DNA of 64,000 nucleotides, from the NCBI GenBank assembly GCA_965287045.1, contig OZ336881.1, positions 53,134,001 through 53,198,000 of the forward strand, read 5' to 3'. Positions 13,355-24,721 of the stretch are shown here, in pieces (position 1 is the first letter of the stretch; the number at the start of each line of letters is the position of its first letter). A program made the position numbers and the translations under genes. This DNA is from Carcharhinus amblyrhynchos (taxonomy: Eukaryota). Under the pieces are notes generated by a model. That model saw only the letters and a list, made by a program, of their open reading frames with translations. It was not told the origin of the DNA and did not search any database.

Positions 13355-13588
13355 TGTAGAGTAAAGAATTAATGTTTATGTTAATTAGACAGCAATGTTA
13401 AAATAGTGTACACATGATATTAGGTTCAGATGTCCACGAGAGCAGGACATAGAAAAGTCTGTGTCCAGAGAACAATGTCCTTACCGTCAAGTCTTGGATG
13501 TAAATAGTTCCAAATAAATACTTTTAACTGATTATCTTCAAGTCATTCCTAGAGATAATGAAACCTCATTGATCCAGAAGACACCACA
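13355..13588 (+). repeat. 3' LTR of the Gypsy element
   Basis: TGTAGAGTAAAG...AATTAGACA...GAGCAGGACATAGAAAAGTCTGTGTCCAG...CCACA aligns with 8722-8790 plus 9868-9940. Confidence 0.8.
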
Positions 13589-13610
13589 AGTAACGGGAAA
13601 CAAGCCAAAT

Positions 13611-13720
13611 CACGGTAAGAGTGCCGGCCATGGTGAGAGTGCCAGCCAATGTTGAGAGTGCCGGCCATAGTGAGACTGCCGGTCACAGTGAGAGAGCTGG
13701 TCACAGTGAGAGTGCACGTC
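13611..13720. repeat. 18-bp minisatellite, ~6 copies
   Basis: CACGGTAAGAGTGCCGGC / CATGGTGAGAGTGCCAGC / CAATGTTGAGAGTGCCGGC / CATAGTGAGACTGCCGGT / CACAGTGAGAGAGCTGGT / CACAGTGAGAGTGCACGT. Confidence 0.9.
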
Positions 13721-13739
13721 AAGGTGGCCGTGCAAAACA

Positions 13740-13935
13740 GCTTTAAAGGTATGACTCAATGGAGCAAAGTGAGACGAAGTTCAGAGAGTGAACTGCAGGG
13801 TTTACGATGCAAGCAGCTAAAGACATGGCTTTTAACAATGGGGCAATGAAAATTAGGGAGGCGCAAGAGGCCAGAATGAAAGGAGAACACAGATTTCTGG
13901 CGTTTGTGGGACTAGAGGAGGTTACAGAAATATAC
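13740..13935 (-). mobile_element. L2-type LINE remnant (continuation of 8640-8720, split by the Gypsy insertion)
   Basis: GCAGCTAAAGACATGGC...GCGCAAGAGGCCAGAAT...GAGGAGGTTACAGAAATA is homologous to 3040-3140. Confidence 0.6.
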
Positions 13936-14995
13936 ACAGCCAGGATCTGTAATGTTAATCTGCAATATACATGTTTAGGAGCATTAATCTGAATGCAATT
14001 TTTAAAGATATTACCAATGTTGTTCAGGTATATGGAGTCAATACCATCATGTTAAGGTACATTGTATTTTAGGACAGTGAAACATTGCAATATTTATGGT
14101 CAATTAGGATTCTCTTTGCATGTGGGAATATTCTACCCATTCAATCTGAAAATCATTTGTATAAAGCTGATCACTGACTCCCCCAGTGAACCACAGTTCA
14201 GGCAATGTAAAGGCTACGACAGGAGAGATTACCAAAGAGTGGTTCAATGTGTCCAGACATAATGTAAAATGCAGAATTCTGGCCGTAGTGAAGTGGAAAC
14301 TGTGAATGAATAGGGCATGCTGTGTGATCCGGAGGAGGGGTAAGCATGTGAAGCAAATGCAGTCTAATCTGCGTTCAAGGGAGAATTTGATATGCTGCGG
14401 AACCTGTGCTTACAAGGGATCTGTGAATGCTGGAATGCTGTACTGCCTTAGTACATCAATCTCTGAAATGAGAAAATCATTCAGTTTCAACTTCTGTATA
14501 CTGGGCCAACCTGCGTAGCAACCCATTCTTGTCTGACAATTTCCTCACTCATTAATCTAACATTATCTTTCCCAAAATGTAACATTTTTATCCCCAACCG
14601 AAAAAAAACTATTCAGTTCCTTTTTGAAAAACTCCCGTGAACCAACCTGAGCTGAAGGATTTCCTTTAATCCCTCGCTCGGTAAGCAATTTTCAAACCAA
14701 AATCTGCTAGCATTAGACTGTCAATCAATTAAAATAAAACTTTGCCAGCTGCTACTTTTATCTCTACACAAAAGCAGAATTATTTTCCCACCAATTTCCT
14801 GCCCTTTAATTTTCTCAAAGGGACATCTCATTATTCATATCTATAAACTCCATGTAACGTTAAATTGTGAAAATGTCCACTTCAGGAACTGAACTCTGGA
14901 AAGTCCATTAAAGTCTACCCTTAGTTCAAATAGTGGGAATTTATTCTAATTGTTGAACTTGTGTGTCTTACTAATTCAGCAAGTTCTCACACGAT

Positions 14996-15123
14996 GGCCA
15001 GGGATTTTCCAGCTGCACTGGCCCTAAGGCCGGAAAGTCCCGCCTGAGATCAATGGACCTTTGCGTGGTCTGTGTCCTGCCCGCTGCAATTCCCATGGTG
15101 GATGGGACAGGAAAATTCTGCCC
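14996..15123. mobile_element. Harbinger-type MITE
   Basis: GGCCAGGGATTTTCC ... GGAAAATTCTGCCC inverted ends; same family as 2581, 4118 and 24493. Confidence 0.7.
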
Positions 15124-15171
15124 TGAAAATGGACTCTTGTTACAGTGATGAGTGACCCAATGTGCCACTGT

Positions 15172-15631
15172 GGGCAGCACGATGGCAGCAGGGTTAGCAC
15201 TGCTGCCTCACAATGCCAGAGACAAAGATTCAATCCTGACCTCTGTGTGGAGTTTGCACGTTCTCCCTGTTTCTGTGTGGGTTTCCTCCAGGTGCTCCGG
15301 TTTCCTCCCACTGGGAGGAGGGAGGGTATTAGTGGTTAGGGCTGGAGGGATGTTTTATGTTGTATTCTTTACTTCTGGGTCACAGTGTTGGAGCTCTGAA
15401 GAAGGCCTTCCAGTCAGCATTTGCACTTGGCAACCTCTTCACTTCTTCGGGGCTGGCCTGCCCTGACTTGATGGGCAGGATAGATGGATAGGCCATGCTA
15501 AATTGCCCTTTAGTGTCAGGGGGGACTAGCAGGATAGTTATGTGGTTATAGGGATAGGGCCTGGGTGGGCTAGTCGTTGGTGCAGGCTTGATGGGCCAAA
15601 TGGTCTCTTTCTGCACTGCAGGGATTCTATG
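15172..15631 (+). mobile_element. HE1-type V-SINE interrupted by a ~156 bp templated insertion
   Basis: Head and V-domain at 15172-15311, tail at 15470-15631. The insert 15314-15469 is an inverted copy of 16349-16504. Confidence 0.85.
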
Positions 15632-16289
15632 ACCCAACAGCAGGACCAGACGTGAGCAAGATGTCTGCTCAGCTGGGGCGGGGGGGCGGAAGGTGGGGGT
15701 GGGTGGAGCGGTGGGGGTGGATGGCTGACATGTGCAATCACACAGCAGCCAGCCAATTAGATCAGGGAAATCAAGGAGCCCCGCCAATAGTACATTAGGG
15801 GCAGGCATCCTGCTGTTACCTTGAAGGATTGATGTTTTGGGAGCCATATTTTAAAGGGTTGCCAGACACGCATCCATTCTCTATTAGCCCATCAGAGGGG
15901 GGGTGATTTTGAACTGGAGCAGCTGCCACGTCCTGTCCACCTGCCACACTTCAATTCCCAGAGCTGCTGCCACCATCTCTCCCTCGAATGACCATGCCCC
16001 GACCCCCCTTGGATACCTGCCACCCAGGGTCACTGCAACCTTTCAGCCTCCGCTCTCCTGGTCTAATTAAGCTCCACCTACAAGAAAAGCTTGTACTCAC
16101 TCTCAATTTACCATGAAGGCTCCCCTGCCCACCGCACACCTTTGACCAGTTATGAATCTGAGGGGATGTGCTTCTTGTTTGCTGCTGACCTCATCACAAA
16201 AGGTACAATTTAACCACAGCGTGGTCCAGATTTTTCGCTCCAGAGTCTGATGCACAGAGCTATGAGAATTCCCAAATCTGCAAACCAAA

Positions 16290-17910
16290 CCTTTAAAAAT
16301 GGCTTCCTGGATTTCAGGTCGTTAGTTGGAAGGGATGGGCTGGGTTAGAAGTCAGGGCAGGCCAGACCCAAAAAAGTGAAGGGGCTGCTAAGTGCAAATG
16401 CTGAATAGAAGGCTGCTTCAGAGCTCCAACACTGTGACCCAAAAATAAAGAATACAACATAAAACATCGCTCCAGCCCTAACCCCTAATACCTTCCCTCC
16501 CTCCGGCCACATACACCAGCCACACCCCACCCATGACAACCTATGCCACCTCATACCTTGGATTGGGGGCAAGATGGGCCATGGTTTATATGGGTGAGGG
16601 TATGTCCCCCTAACAACCCGTACTGTCCCTTATACACCCATAGCAAGGTTTGCACCCCACACAAACCCTATGGTCTCTCATAACCTCCATGCCAACTTAT
16701 GTTCCTTGACCCACCACACACGTACATGGCTCTTCATAACCCCAGTGCATCTCCAACCAACTCAAATGACTCTTTATAGATCCATACGCCAACTTAGGGC
16801 CAACCCTTTTCCTTTACACCTGCTATGATAACTCATCCAGTATCCACCATGAGCAAATCTCAGGACACATGTAGTGAACAGACAAAAATTAAAGTTACAT
16901 CGTAAACTTTTAATGATCTATTGCAGGCTTCACTATATTGAAAAAAACTTTCATTCATAAAAAAAAATTGTCCCCTTTCTTATTTCTTCAACTAAATAAA
17001 TCTTTACTAAAAAAAAATCACTCAAGGGCACAATCCCTTAGAACAGCAAGCATTGGAATTCCTGGTCCCACATCAAATAATTTATAACCATGTGTAGCTG
17101 TCAATCAAACTGTGAAATGGTAGGCAACCGACTGTGATAATGGATGGTTGTGAATTCAATCATGCAGCACCAAATCAGTTAAGGGAGTAATCCTGCTGAT
17201 GTTAATGCACAGAATGAAATAGCAAGCAATCATTTTTAACACTCCAGATTTTTTTTGCAGGTATTTAAAGGGCAGGACTTTTAAATTCCTTGACAGCTCT
17301 CTTTGACAGGGCCTCATGACAGATCCTCTTAACACTTTTTTCAAGTCCTCTTGACAGCTCCCTTTGATCGGTCCTTGTGATTACTTTTGACAGATCACTT
17401 TGATAGATCCTCGTAAGAAGTGCTTCTGACAATTTTGACAGCTGATTTTGACACGTCTGCTGACAGTTCAATGAGCTTGACAAAAATGAGTTTATGCACT
17501 ATTTACGCACATTTGTGCCTACTTTTAACAATTCCACAGAGCACTTTTTCTCTCCCAAAGGGCAGCTGACCTACCCTAGGTCAGCCACTTGGCCACCACC
17601 AAAGATGTCTTGGGACCAGATCCAAAGAGGTACCTTACCTCACGCTGGCTAGCCAAACAAATTCACAAAGTTCAGACCTGCTTTTACTAGATTTAATCTG
17701 CACAGTTCAGGTTTCACATTCAAAGGCTGTCAAAGTCCTTCAATGAAGGCAGCTGATGACTTAAATGCCCAGCACAGTAAACCACGCACCCAAGAAAATG
17801 GAAAGTGCCAAGTTCAAGTTAGAACTTGCAATGCTTGGGCAGTTCTGCTAGTTTCACCATGCTGGAGGGGGGGCCATGTGGTTCAATACATGACATGACA
17901 ATGCAAAATA
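16290..17910. mobile_element. Probable large non-autonomous DNA transposon remnant
   Basis: C-rich CCCAT/CACC tracts, an AT-rich core and a TGACAG repeat array, typical of shark non-autonomous elements. Termini not resolved. Confidence 0.35.
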
Positions 17911-18336
17911 GGTTCCTTCCACCCGCCGTTGAGACCCACAGACCGCCGCCAACTTACTTCTCTACTTTCATCTTGCCTCCAGGAAACTGACATATCACTT
18001 CCATTGACATTTGCATCCATTGCGCCCCCTTGCTTCCCACTTCAGGAAACTTCATTAGATTCCACCTGCTATCACACTACAGTAAGGTGCGTTACAAAAT
18101 GCCTTTTGAAAGACCACATGACTTTGATTACCTCAATAAAATTCAGTAGATTTATGTAGTAAACAACTCCGAATTTACTTCTTCATAATATTTAATCACT
18201 TTAATGTATTAAACATGTCAAAGTACACAAACGAATGCGTAATTTTGTGAGTAACAGCTCTGTCACATCTTCCCTGGTACATAATGAGCAACGTTCCTTA
18301 CACATTTTCTCAGTTATCAATGAGTTGGTAAACAAT

Positions 18337-18620
18337 GCACTGCTGCCTCACAGAGCCAGGGACCCGGTATCAATTCTGGCCTCGGGTCACTGTCTGTGTG
18401 GGGTGTGCACATTCTCCCTGTGTCTGCGTGGGTTTCCTCCGGGTGCTCCGGTTTCCTCCCACAGTCCAAAGATGTGTGGGTTAGGTTGGTAAAGTGACCC
18501 TAGTGTCAGGGGATTAGGGGATTAAATATGTGAGGTTATGGGGATAGGCTTTGGGTGGGCTTGTGGTCGGTGCAGACTCGAATGGGCCTCCTTCTGCACT
18601 GTAGGGATTCCATGATTCTA
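18337..18620 (+). mobile_element. HE1-type V-SINE
   Basis: GCACTGCTGCCTCACAGAGCCAGGGACCCGG...CACAGTCCAAAGATGTG...CTTCTGCACTGTAGGGATTC. Confidence 0.9.
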
Positions 18621-19699
18621 ATTATGCCAGTGTCTCTACTTTTTCTCATTTATTTAAAAAATCCCCTGTTGCAATGCCTCATGTTTTTGTCTTAGTGCCT
18701 CCAAATTTTGTAACACCCCTTCTTCCACCAGCCTCTACTTTTACGGCACATTCCCTTGAAGTGTGTGGAGAATATATATTTAGATTTCAGCGGCAGGATA
18801 GAAATGCATGCATTTGTAGTCAGCCAAACACAAGCCAGATTCTTTTTTGTTAATGCAAAATGTACTTGTTACTGCAACTGATTCTCTTAAATGTTCCCCA
18901 AAGATACCCTCTGACAAGAAATGAATACTCAGAGACTCAGATGAATACATTGGTATATGAGGTTCGAGACTTTAACCAAAAAAGAACCATTTAAACATTT
19001 ATGAAATTACTAACAGTGGGATACAAGCAGATTATGGATAGGAATTCTTGCTTGGTTTTCCTGAGAAAAAGTGAATGACTAATTAATGAGTAGGGAAATA
19101 AATCTACTGTACTTTATTCAGAGCTCCCATTACTGAGTTGCACTCTTGAATTTATTTGAGGATTTTTTTTCTTCTTAGCTGGTCTGTATTATAAATTAAG
19201 TCAAAATTGCTTCAATTGTGAAACACACTTCTCCTTTCAAAAAAAAATTACTGGCTGTTTGGGAACTGGTCAATGGTTAATCTATGTTGTTTTAAATTGA
19301 GAAACCAGGGTGAAGGATCAGAATGCATTGTGCAGGACACTACCAGCGCTGTAAATAATGATAAGATAAATCAGCAATGAACAATCAGGTGAGACCAACC
19401 TTGATTATAAAAGCCTGAAATTGTCAGAGCAAAAAAAAGAGTGAAGGAGCCACTGAGTGCCACACTCTTGTGTTCCTATGAAAGAATAAGTAAGGGTAGC
19501 TGACACTGTTATATATTAAATATTGATTTTGACATATTGGGGAATCTATGTAACAGGAAGAGTATAATGGTGGACGTGTAGCTTGCAAGGAGGAAGAGAA
19601 GAAAATTCAGAGGAGCATTGCTGCCAATAAAAATGACTGAATCCTGGGGGGATATAGGACTTAATGGAAAAATAGAAGCAAAACCACAGATGGGATCAG

Positions 19700-20002
19700 A
19701 GAATCCCCACAGTGCAAAGGAGGTCATTCGGCCCATCAAGGATGAACTGATAACAATCCCTCCCAGGCTTATCCCCATTACCCTATGTATTTACTCTGCT
19801 AATCCCCCTAAAACTAAGGGACAATTTACCATGGCCAATCAACTTAACCCACACATCTTTAGACGTTGGAGGAAACTGGAGCATCCGAAGGAAACCCACG
19901 TCGACACGGGAGGATATGTAAACTCCATACAGACAGTCATCCAAGGGTGTGATTGAACCCAGGTTCCTGATGCTATAAGACAGCAATGTACCACCTTGCC
20001 AT
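19700..20002 (-). mobile_element. HE1-type V-SINE
   Basis: Decayed reverse-complement copy of 304-624. Confidence 0.85.
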
Positions 20003-20613
20003 CCAATGATTTGAAGAAAATTGGATGACTTTTGTGGTACCCCTTATGAGAGTCACCTCTTTAGATTGCATGATGTTAATGCTGTTAAAAGTTTTGGAGA
20101 TATTCAAAATATTGACAAATGGTCCTGCAATCAATTCAAAGGTTTACAAAAAGGCAATCGCAGGGAACTAACAGTGTAGACACTGGATCACAATTCTTGA
20201 AACCACATGGTTTTAATCAATTGGGTGACACTAAAGAGTCAAACTCAATCCACTTCAGCACTAAGGTGGAAAAGGCAACATGCTGCAACAACATTTCTTT
20301 TTGCCTAAAGAGTATTGTTTTGTCAACAGCTCCAAAATGACTCTGAACCAATTCCGTCCCATGCCACCAGAGTAAATAAATGATGAACTCAATTATGATT
20401 GAAAATAAAATGCATAAGAAAAACATCCTTCACACACCAAACAAAAATAAACTGTTACCAATTTTTAAAACTCTACCTGGCAAAATGATTTGACTGTCAC
20501 CATTTTGAGTTGTGTTTCTAACATTAAAGGCCAGTCAGTATTTAGAGTGAGGTTGTCATGCTCAACTCTTCTGCAGACTGCATTTTTTTAAAAGCATATT
20601 AGTCAAATTGGGG

Positions 20614-20842
20614 AGCCAGTTTAGCTCAGTTAGCTGGACAGTTGGTTTGTAATACACAGGAACACCAGCAGCATGGGTTCAATTCCCGGACTGATGCGAG
20701 GTTATTCATGATGGCCCGATCTTCTCAGTCTTGCCCCTTACCTGAGGTTTGGTGATCCTCAGGTTAAATTACCACCAGTCAGCTCTTCCCCTCAAAAAGG
20801 GAAAGCAGCCTATGGTCATCTGGGATTATAGCGACTTTACCT
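20614..20842 (+). mobile_element. tRNA-derived SINE (non-HE1 family)
   Basis: A box TAGCTCAGTTAG and B box GGTTCAATTCCC, followed by the body GGTTAAATTACCACCAGTCAGCTC...GGAAAGCAGCCTATGGTCATCTGGGA. Confidence 0.75.
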
Positions 20843-20919
20843 TTTTGTTAGTCAAATTACTCACAAGCATTGATATTGGAATTGCTCAATTGTTATGTTG
20901 GGTTATATCTGCCCATGTA

Positions 20920-21455
20920 GTATTGTGCACGGTTCTGGGCACTACACTATGGGAAGGATGGGAACAAACTGGGGAGAGTGCAAAAGAGGTTTACAAGAAT
21001 GGTTCCAGGGTTGGATGAGAAACTTCAGTTACAATGATAGGTTGGAGAAGTTGAGACTGTTCTCCTTGGAGAGAAGAAGGTTAAGAGGACATTTGATTGA
21101 GGTGTTCAAAATCATGAAGGGCTGGACAGAGTAGAGGGGGAGAAACTGTTCCTGCTCACAAAACGAACAAGAACAAGAGGACACAGATTTAAAATAATTT
21201 GCAAAAAAAGCAAATGTGATGCGAGTAAAGGCTTTTTTACACAGCCAGTGGTTTGGCTCTGGATTGCTTTGTCTGGGATTGTGTTGGAGGCAGGTTCAGT
21301 CAGCTCATTCAAATGATGATTATCTGAATGTTCTAATGTGCAGGGATCGAGGGAAAAGGCAGTGAAATGGCACTAAGTCATGATGCTCGTCTGGAGAGCT
21401 GGTACAGATGCAATGGGCCAAATGGCCTCTTCTGTGTCATAACTGTGGATTCTGT
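20920..21455 (+). mobile_element. CR1 LINE 3' fragment
   Basis: RLEKLRLFSLERRRLRGHLIEVFKIMKG and the tail ATGGGCCAAATGGCCTC. Confidence 0.9.
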
Positions 21456-21459
21456 GGAG

Positions 21460-22490
21460 TGTAATGATCTGAGCAGTGCAGTGCAGCACATCCCAGCAGC
21501 CTAGGGTTGAGAGCTGTAGCATCTCAGCTACTCTTTTTAACTGCTGTAAGCCAGGTAAGTTTAAAGATCCAGCCAGCTTTAAAAGTCCTTGACAAGTCAA
21601 AAAGAAGGAAAGTGGGTAGGATGGGTGGGAGGGGGGTGCTTGTAGAAATGTGGCTCAGGCCTGTGGGGTAAAATAAGGTTGTCGGGCCTTGGAGTTGATA
21701 GGGTCTTGGGCCAGTGTTTTGAGTGGAGTACTGGGGCAAGCCATGTGAAGGGAAGGAGGAGGTGGTCATGCCTTCCGATGTGGGAGGGAGTCAGGGCCAA
21801 GTCAGGCCTTGGGAAGGGGATATCAGGTAGAACATTGCAGGGGAGTGTCAGGCCTTGGGATGTGTTGGGTCAGGCCTTGGTGGGAGGGCAAGTCAAGTGG
21901 GTCAGGGTTTGTGTGGGGTGTGGTGGGGGTATGAGTATGAGTCAGGCCTAGTGTCTGTGAGGTGGGGAGAGTCGGGCCTAGTGAATGGGGTGGGGGAGTT
22001 GGGCCTGGCAGTGAAGAGTCCCATGAGGGGTGGGGAATCCTGTGGCTTGGGGAATTCCCGTCCGGGGGGTGTAGTCCTTTGGGGTGTCCCGTAAAGAACT
22101 GTGCCCTTGGAATTTAGAAGTGGATGGAGTTCTGTCGGGGTTGGCATTGGACTGCACAATAGTGACCCAGAAGCAGGAATTGGTTTTAATTCTTCGAACT
22201 ATTTCTGGGTAACTATCGATGCAAGACAGTCAGACCCATCCAAAGTTTCTGACTGGAACCACATATTCAGATGGTTCCCAGTGCAGGGCGTTTGCCCACG
22301 GGAAGCTTATTCCTCCCAGGCAATTGCAGTGAAAAACTTCTCTGGGAGCTGCCAGGATAGGTTCCCCATTGCATCTCCAGGTAGCAACCCCCCCACTTCC
22401 CCCAAATATGATACCTTGAAGCTCGAAGTTTACAGCTCGTTGTCTTTGCTAGTGATCCATGGTGGCAGGGATAGAGCATTAAATATAAAA
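21460..22490. mobile_element. Probable non-autonomous DNA element with a G-rich internal repeat
   Basis: About 10 GTCAGGCCT-like units in G-rich sequence. Termini unresolved. Confidence 0.35.
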
Positions 22491-24492
22491 AATCTGGCAA
22501 TCGCTCAGATTTTAAAAATTGAGGCCTACTCTCTCATGGGGAAAAGAATTTGTGAAAAAAAAACAGTGGGCCAGGCGGCTGACCTATCTACAAACATGTG
22601 TCCTTGTAGGGCTGGTTGAAGGATGATGGCAAAAGAGGAAGGCAGATGTTATTTAAGTAACTTGTCTTTATTATTATGTACAAGGAAGGTTCTGTTCAAA
22701 GGAGGCCTGAAAAGATTTTTGGCCCGTTGGCTTTCTGAAACCAAGTTCCAAATTTAGCAACTATACTGTATACTGCTGATTTTTATCTTTCCTTAGCTTT
22801 TACTACTTAAGTTTAAATGCAATCGTATAATCCACTAATATAGTCCATATTTATGAATTATTTACTGATGCATTACAGATCTTTGCATTATCGTCAATAA
22901 GTTTTGTTTTACGATGACCACCTTTGATTGCAATGACTTATCATAAGAGAAATGTTAAATCTTTTCCGATGGAACGCACATTTTCCCCACCGGTTAACAA
23001 ACTTACCAATATTAGTCTTGATAAATGGTCTGTCTTTGGGAAACAGTGGTGCAAGTTATTGAAATTTGTAGCACGTTTGTAAAGCCATTTAATTCAAAAT
23101 TTGCAGGAACTACCCAATGTAGCCAGGCTGTAATCACACGGCAGGAAGCTGGCACCAACACAATGGGACTATCAGCAAGGCTGCACGAAGTGAAGGGAAC
23201 TCTCCTTGTTTTTAAATGGGCGAGCCGGAATGAATAAAGGTGTCTGCCGCTAGCAATTTCTTATTCTTTCAATGTAATCATCAATTTGCGCTTCAAGTGG
23301 TTCAGCAGATCTACAACTATCTGTGGCAGCACAGGAAGCCCAGCATGGTAACGTCTCAGCTAATTTAAAGCCCTTGTGCTGTTGAATCAAACCTGACAAG
23401 GCACCGGCAAAACAGAAACTATTATGCCACGTGAGAATTGGCATCAGGCTGGAATGGTTTGAGGAGCTGAGGCACAAGGCGTTGCAAAGACAGAAGACAT
23501 CAATGGTGATGTTTACAAATATGAGAAAAGAAGCTTGCGTCAAAGAAAAGTATTTATAAAATTACATCCAGGTCATTTTCTTTAAAACACATTAGTTTAC
23601 TCGATCTACTGCAGTTTTCTAAATAAGCATCCACTCCCTACTGTGCGTTAAGACCGTAACATTTAGATTTTCCTTCTTGTTGGAACTGCTGGTCCATTTC
23701 TTTTTCGGTTTGCATTGGGAACCAAATTAACTGAATATTTTTCATTCCCACTTACAGAAGCAACAAACGAGAAATATATATTTGTAATGCATATAATTTG
23801 CCTACATGGGATTTTTTAAGTGGTGGTACAATTGCTTTCATTTTCATATACAGCCAAAAAGAAAACAAGTAAAACAATTATATGTGAAAAAATTATATTC
23901 ATATTTTTTAAACTAGAAGACTCAAAATATTTTTATTTCTGAATCATTCAGTTATTTGAATACAGATGAAGGCACAAGGTGCATTCATTTTTCTATACAA
24001 ATTCACTTACTATGGTCAGTAATTGCGAATGTATGAGTTGCTAAGTTTTATTGTACCCTGACGAGTAAATTTACGTTTCTCTACCCGTACCTGGAGTGAA
24101 TGAAAAATATTTATGGAATTTTCTCCAAGAATTATAATGTTTCATGAAAACAGGATTTGTCCTGCTGCGTTAAAATGGCCACTTCTCTCTTGGTTACCAT
24201 TAAGTTTGTTCCCGAGGGTGATCTCATTGAATGGTTTCTCATATGTAGAGCTATTGGCATTGCAAGACCATGGTGTACCAGACATGGTTACTAAGCTTCA
24301 GTGGCCTCACCTCACAGAGAGAGCAGTAGCAGCTGTTGTGCATCCTGCGGCTTTAGCAGTTTACTTGCCTAAAATATATTAAATGTATATGTCATCTGGA
24401 AATGAGTTAAAGGCAAAAACTTTAATTCAAATGGTATGTGGGATTTGCTTGCACGTGACGCCTTGTGAAATATTGAATAGATTTGGACATCC

Positions 24493-24630
24493 CGGTGTGA
24501 ACTTCCCTCTCCCGCTTGTCGCTTGCCATGGGAATCGTAGCAGGCAGGGGGAATGGACCATGCAAATGTCCATTGACCTTGGGTAGAATTTTCCAATTTC
24601 AGGGCGAGTGTGGCTAGAAAGACTCCCCCC
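24493..24630. mobile_element. Harbinger-type MITE
   Basis: Homologous to 2581-2716 (GGGAATC...GGACC..GCAAA..TCCATTGACCTTGGG). Confidence 0.7.
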
Positions 24631-24721
24631 ACCCAGGTTCTTTTCATAACAAACAGTAACACTGCATTTGTGCCAATGCAGCTTATACATATTGCATTAA
24701 ATATGTTTTAATTGCCCTGCC

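Larger units (their letters stand above)
8722..13588 (+). mobile_element. Gypsy (Ty3-like) LTR retrotransposon, internally deleted and degenerate
   Basis: Two related LTRs: 8722-~9950 (split by a CR1) and 13355-13588 (TG...CA, preceded by purine tract GGGAGA). Gag (IERARYNQ...GESIDQF...CSYGALK...CIVV at 10428-10703), zinc knuckle (CFLCDKTGYFIQFC ~11030-11070), protease (FKLNTG ~11236), EFLKLF*GLGKLK ~12030. Most of RT/RNase H is missing. Confidence 0.85.

Noticed and set aside
13611-13720. Regular repeat array resembling CRISPR
   Set aside because: Head-to-tail 18-mers without unique spacers, in a vertebrate genome.
20614-20690. tRNA-like sequence with A and B boxes
   Set aside because: No complete cloverleaf, and it continues into a SINE body, so it is a SINE head. 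The same holds for 45250-45315.
23006-23035. Possible 27-nt minus-strand microexon (...AAG|ACAGACC...ATTG|GTAAGT)
   Set aside because: Good donor but weak acceptor and an unrecognised peptide; expected by chance in 64 kb.
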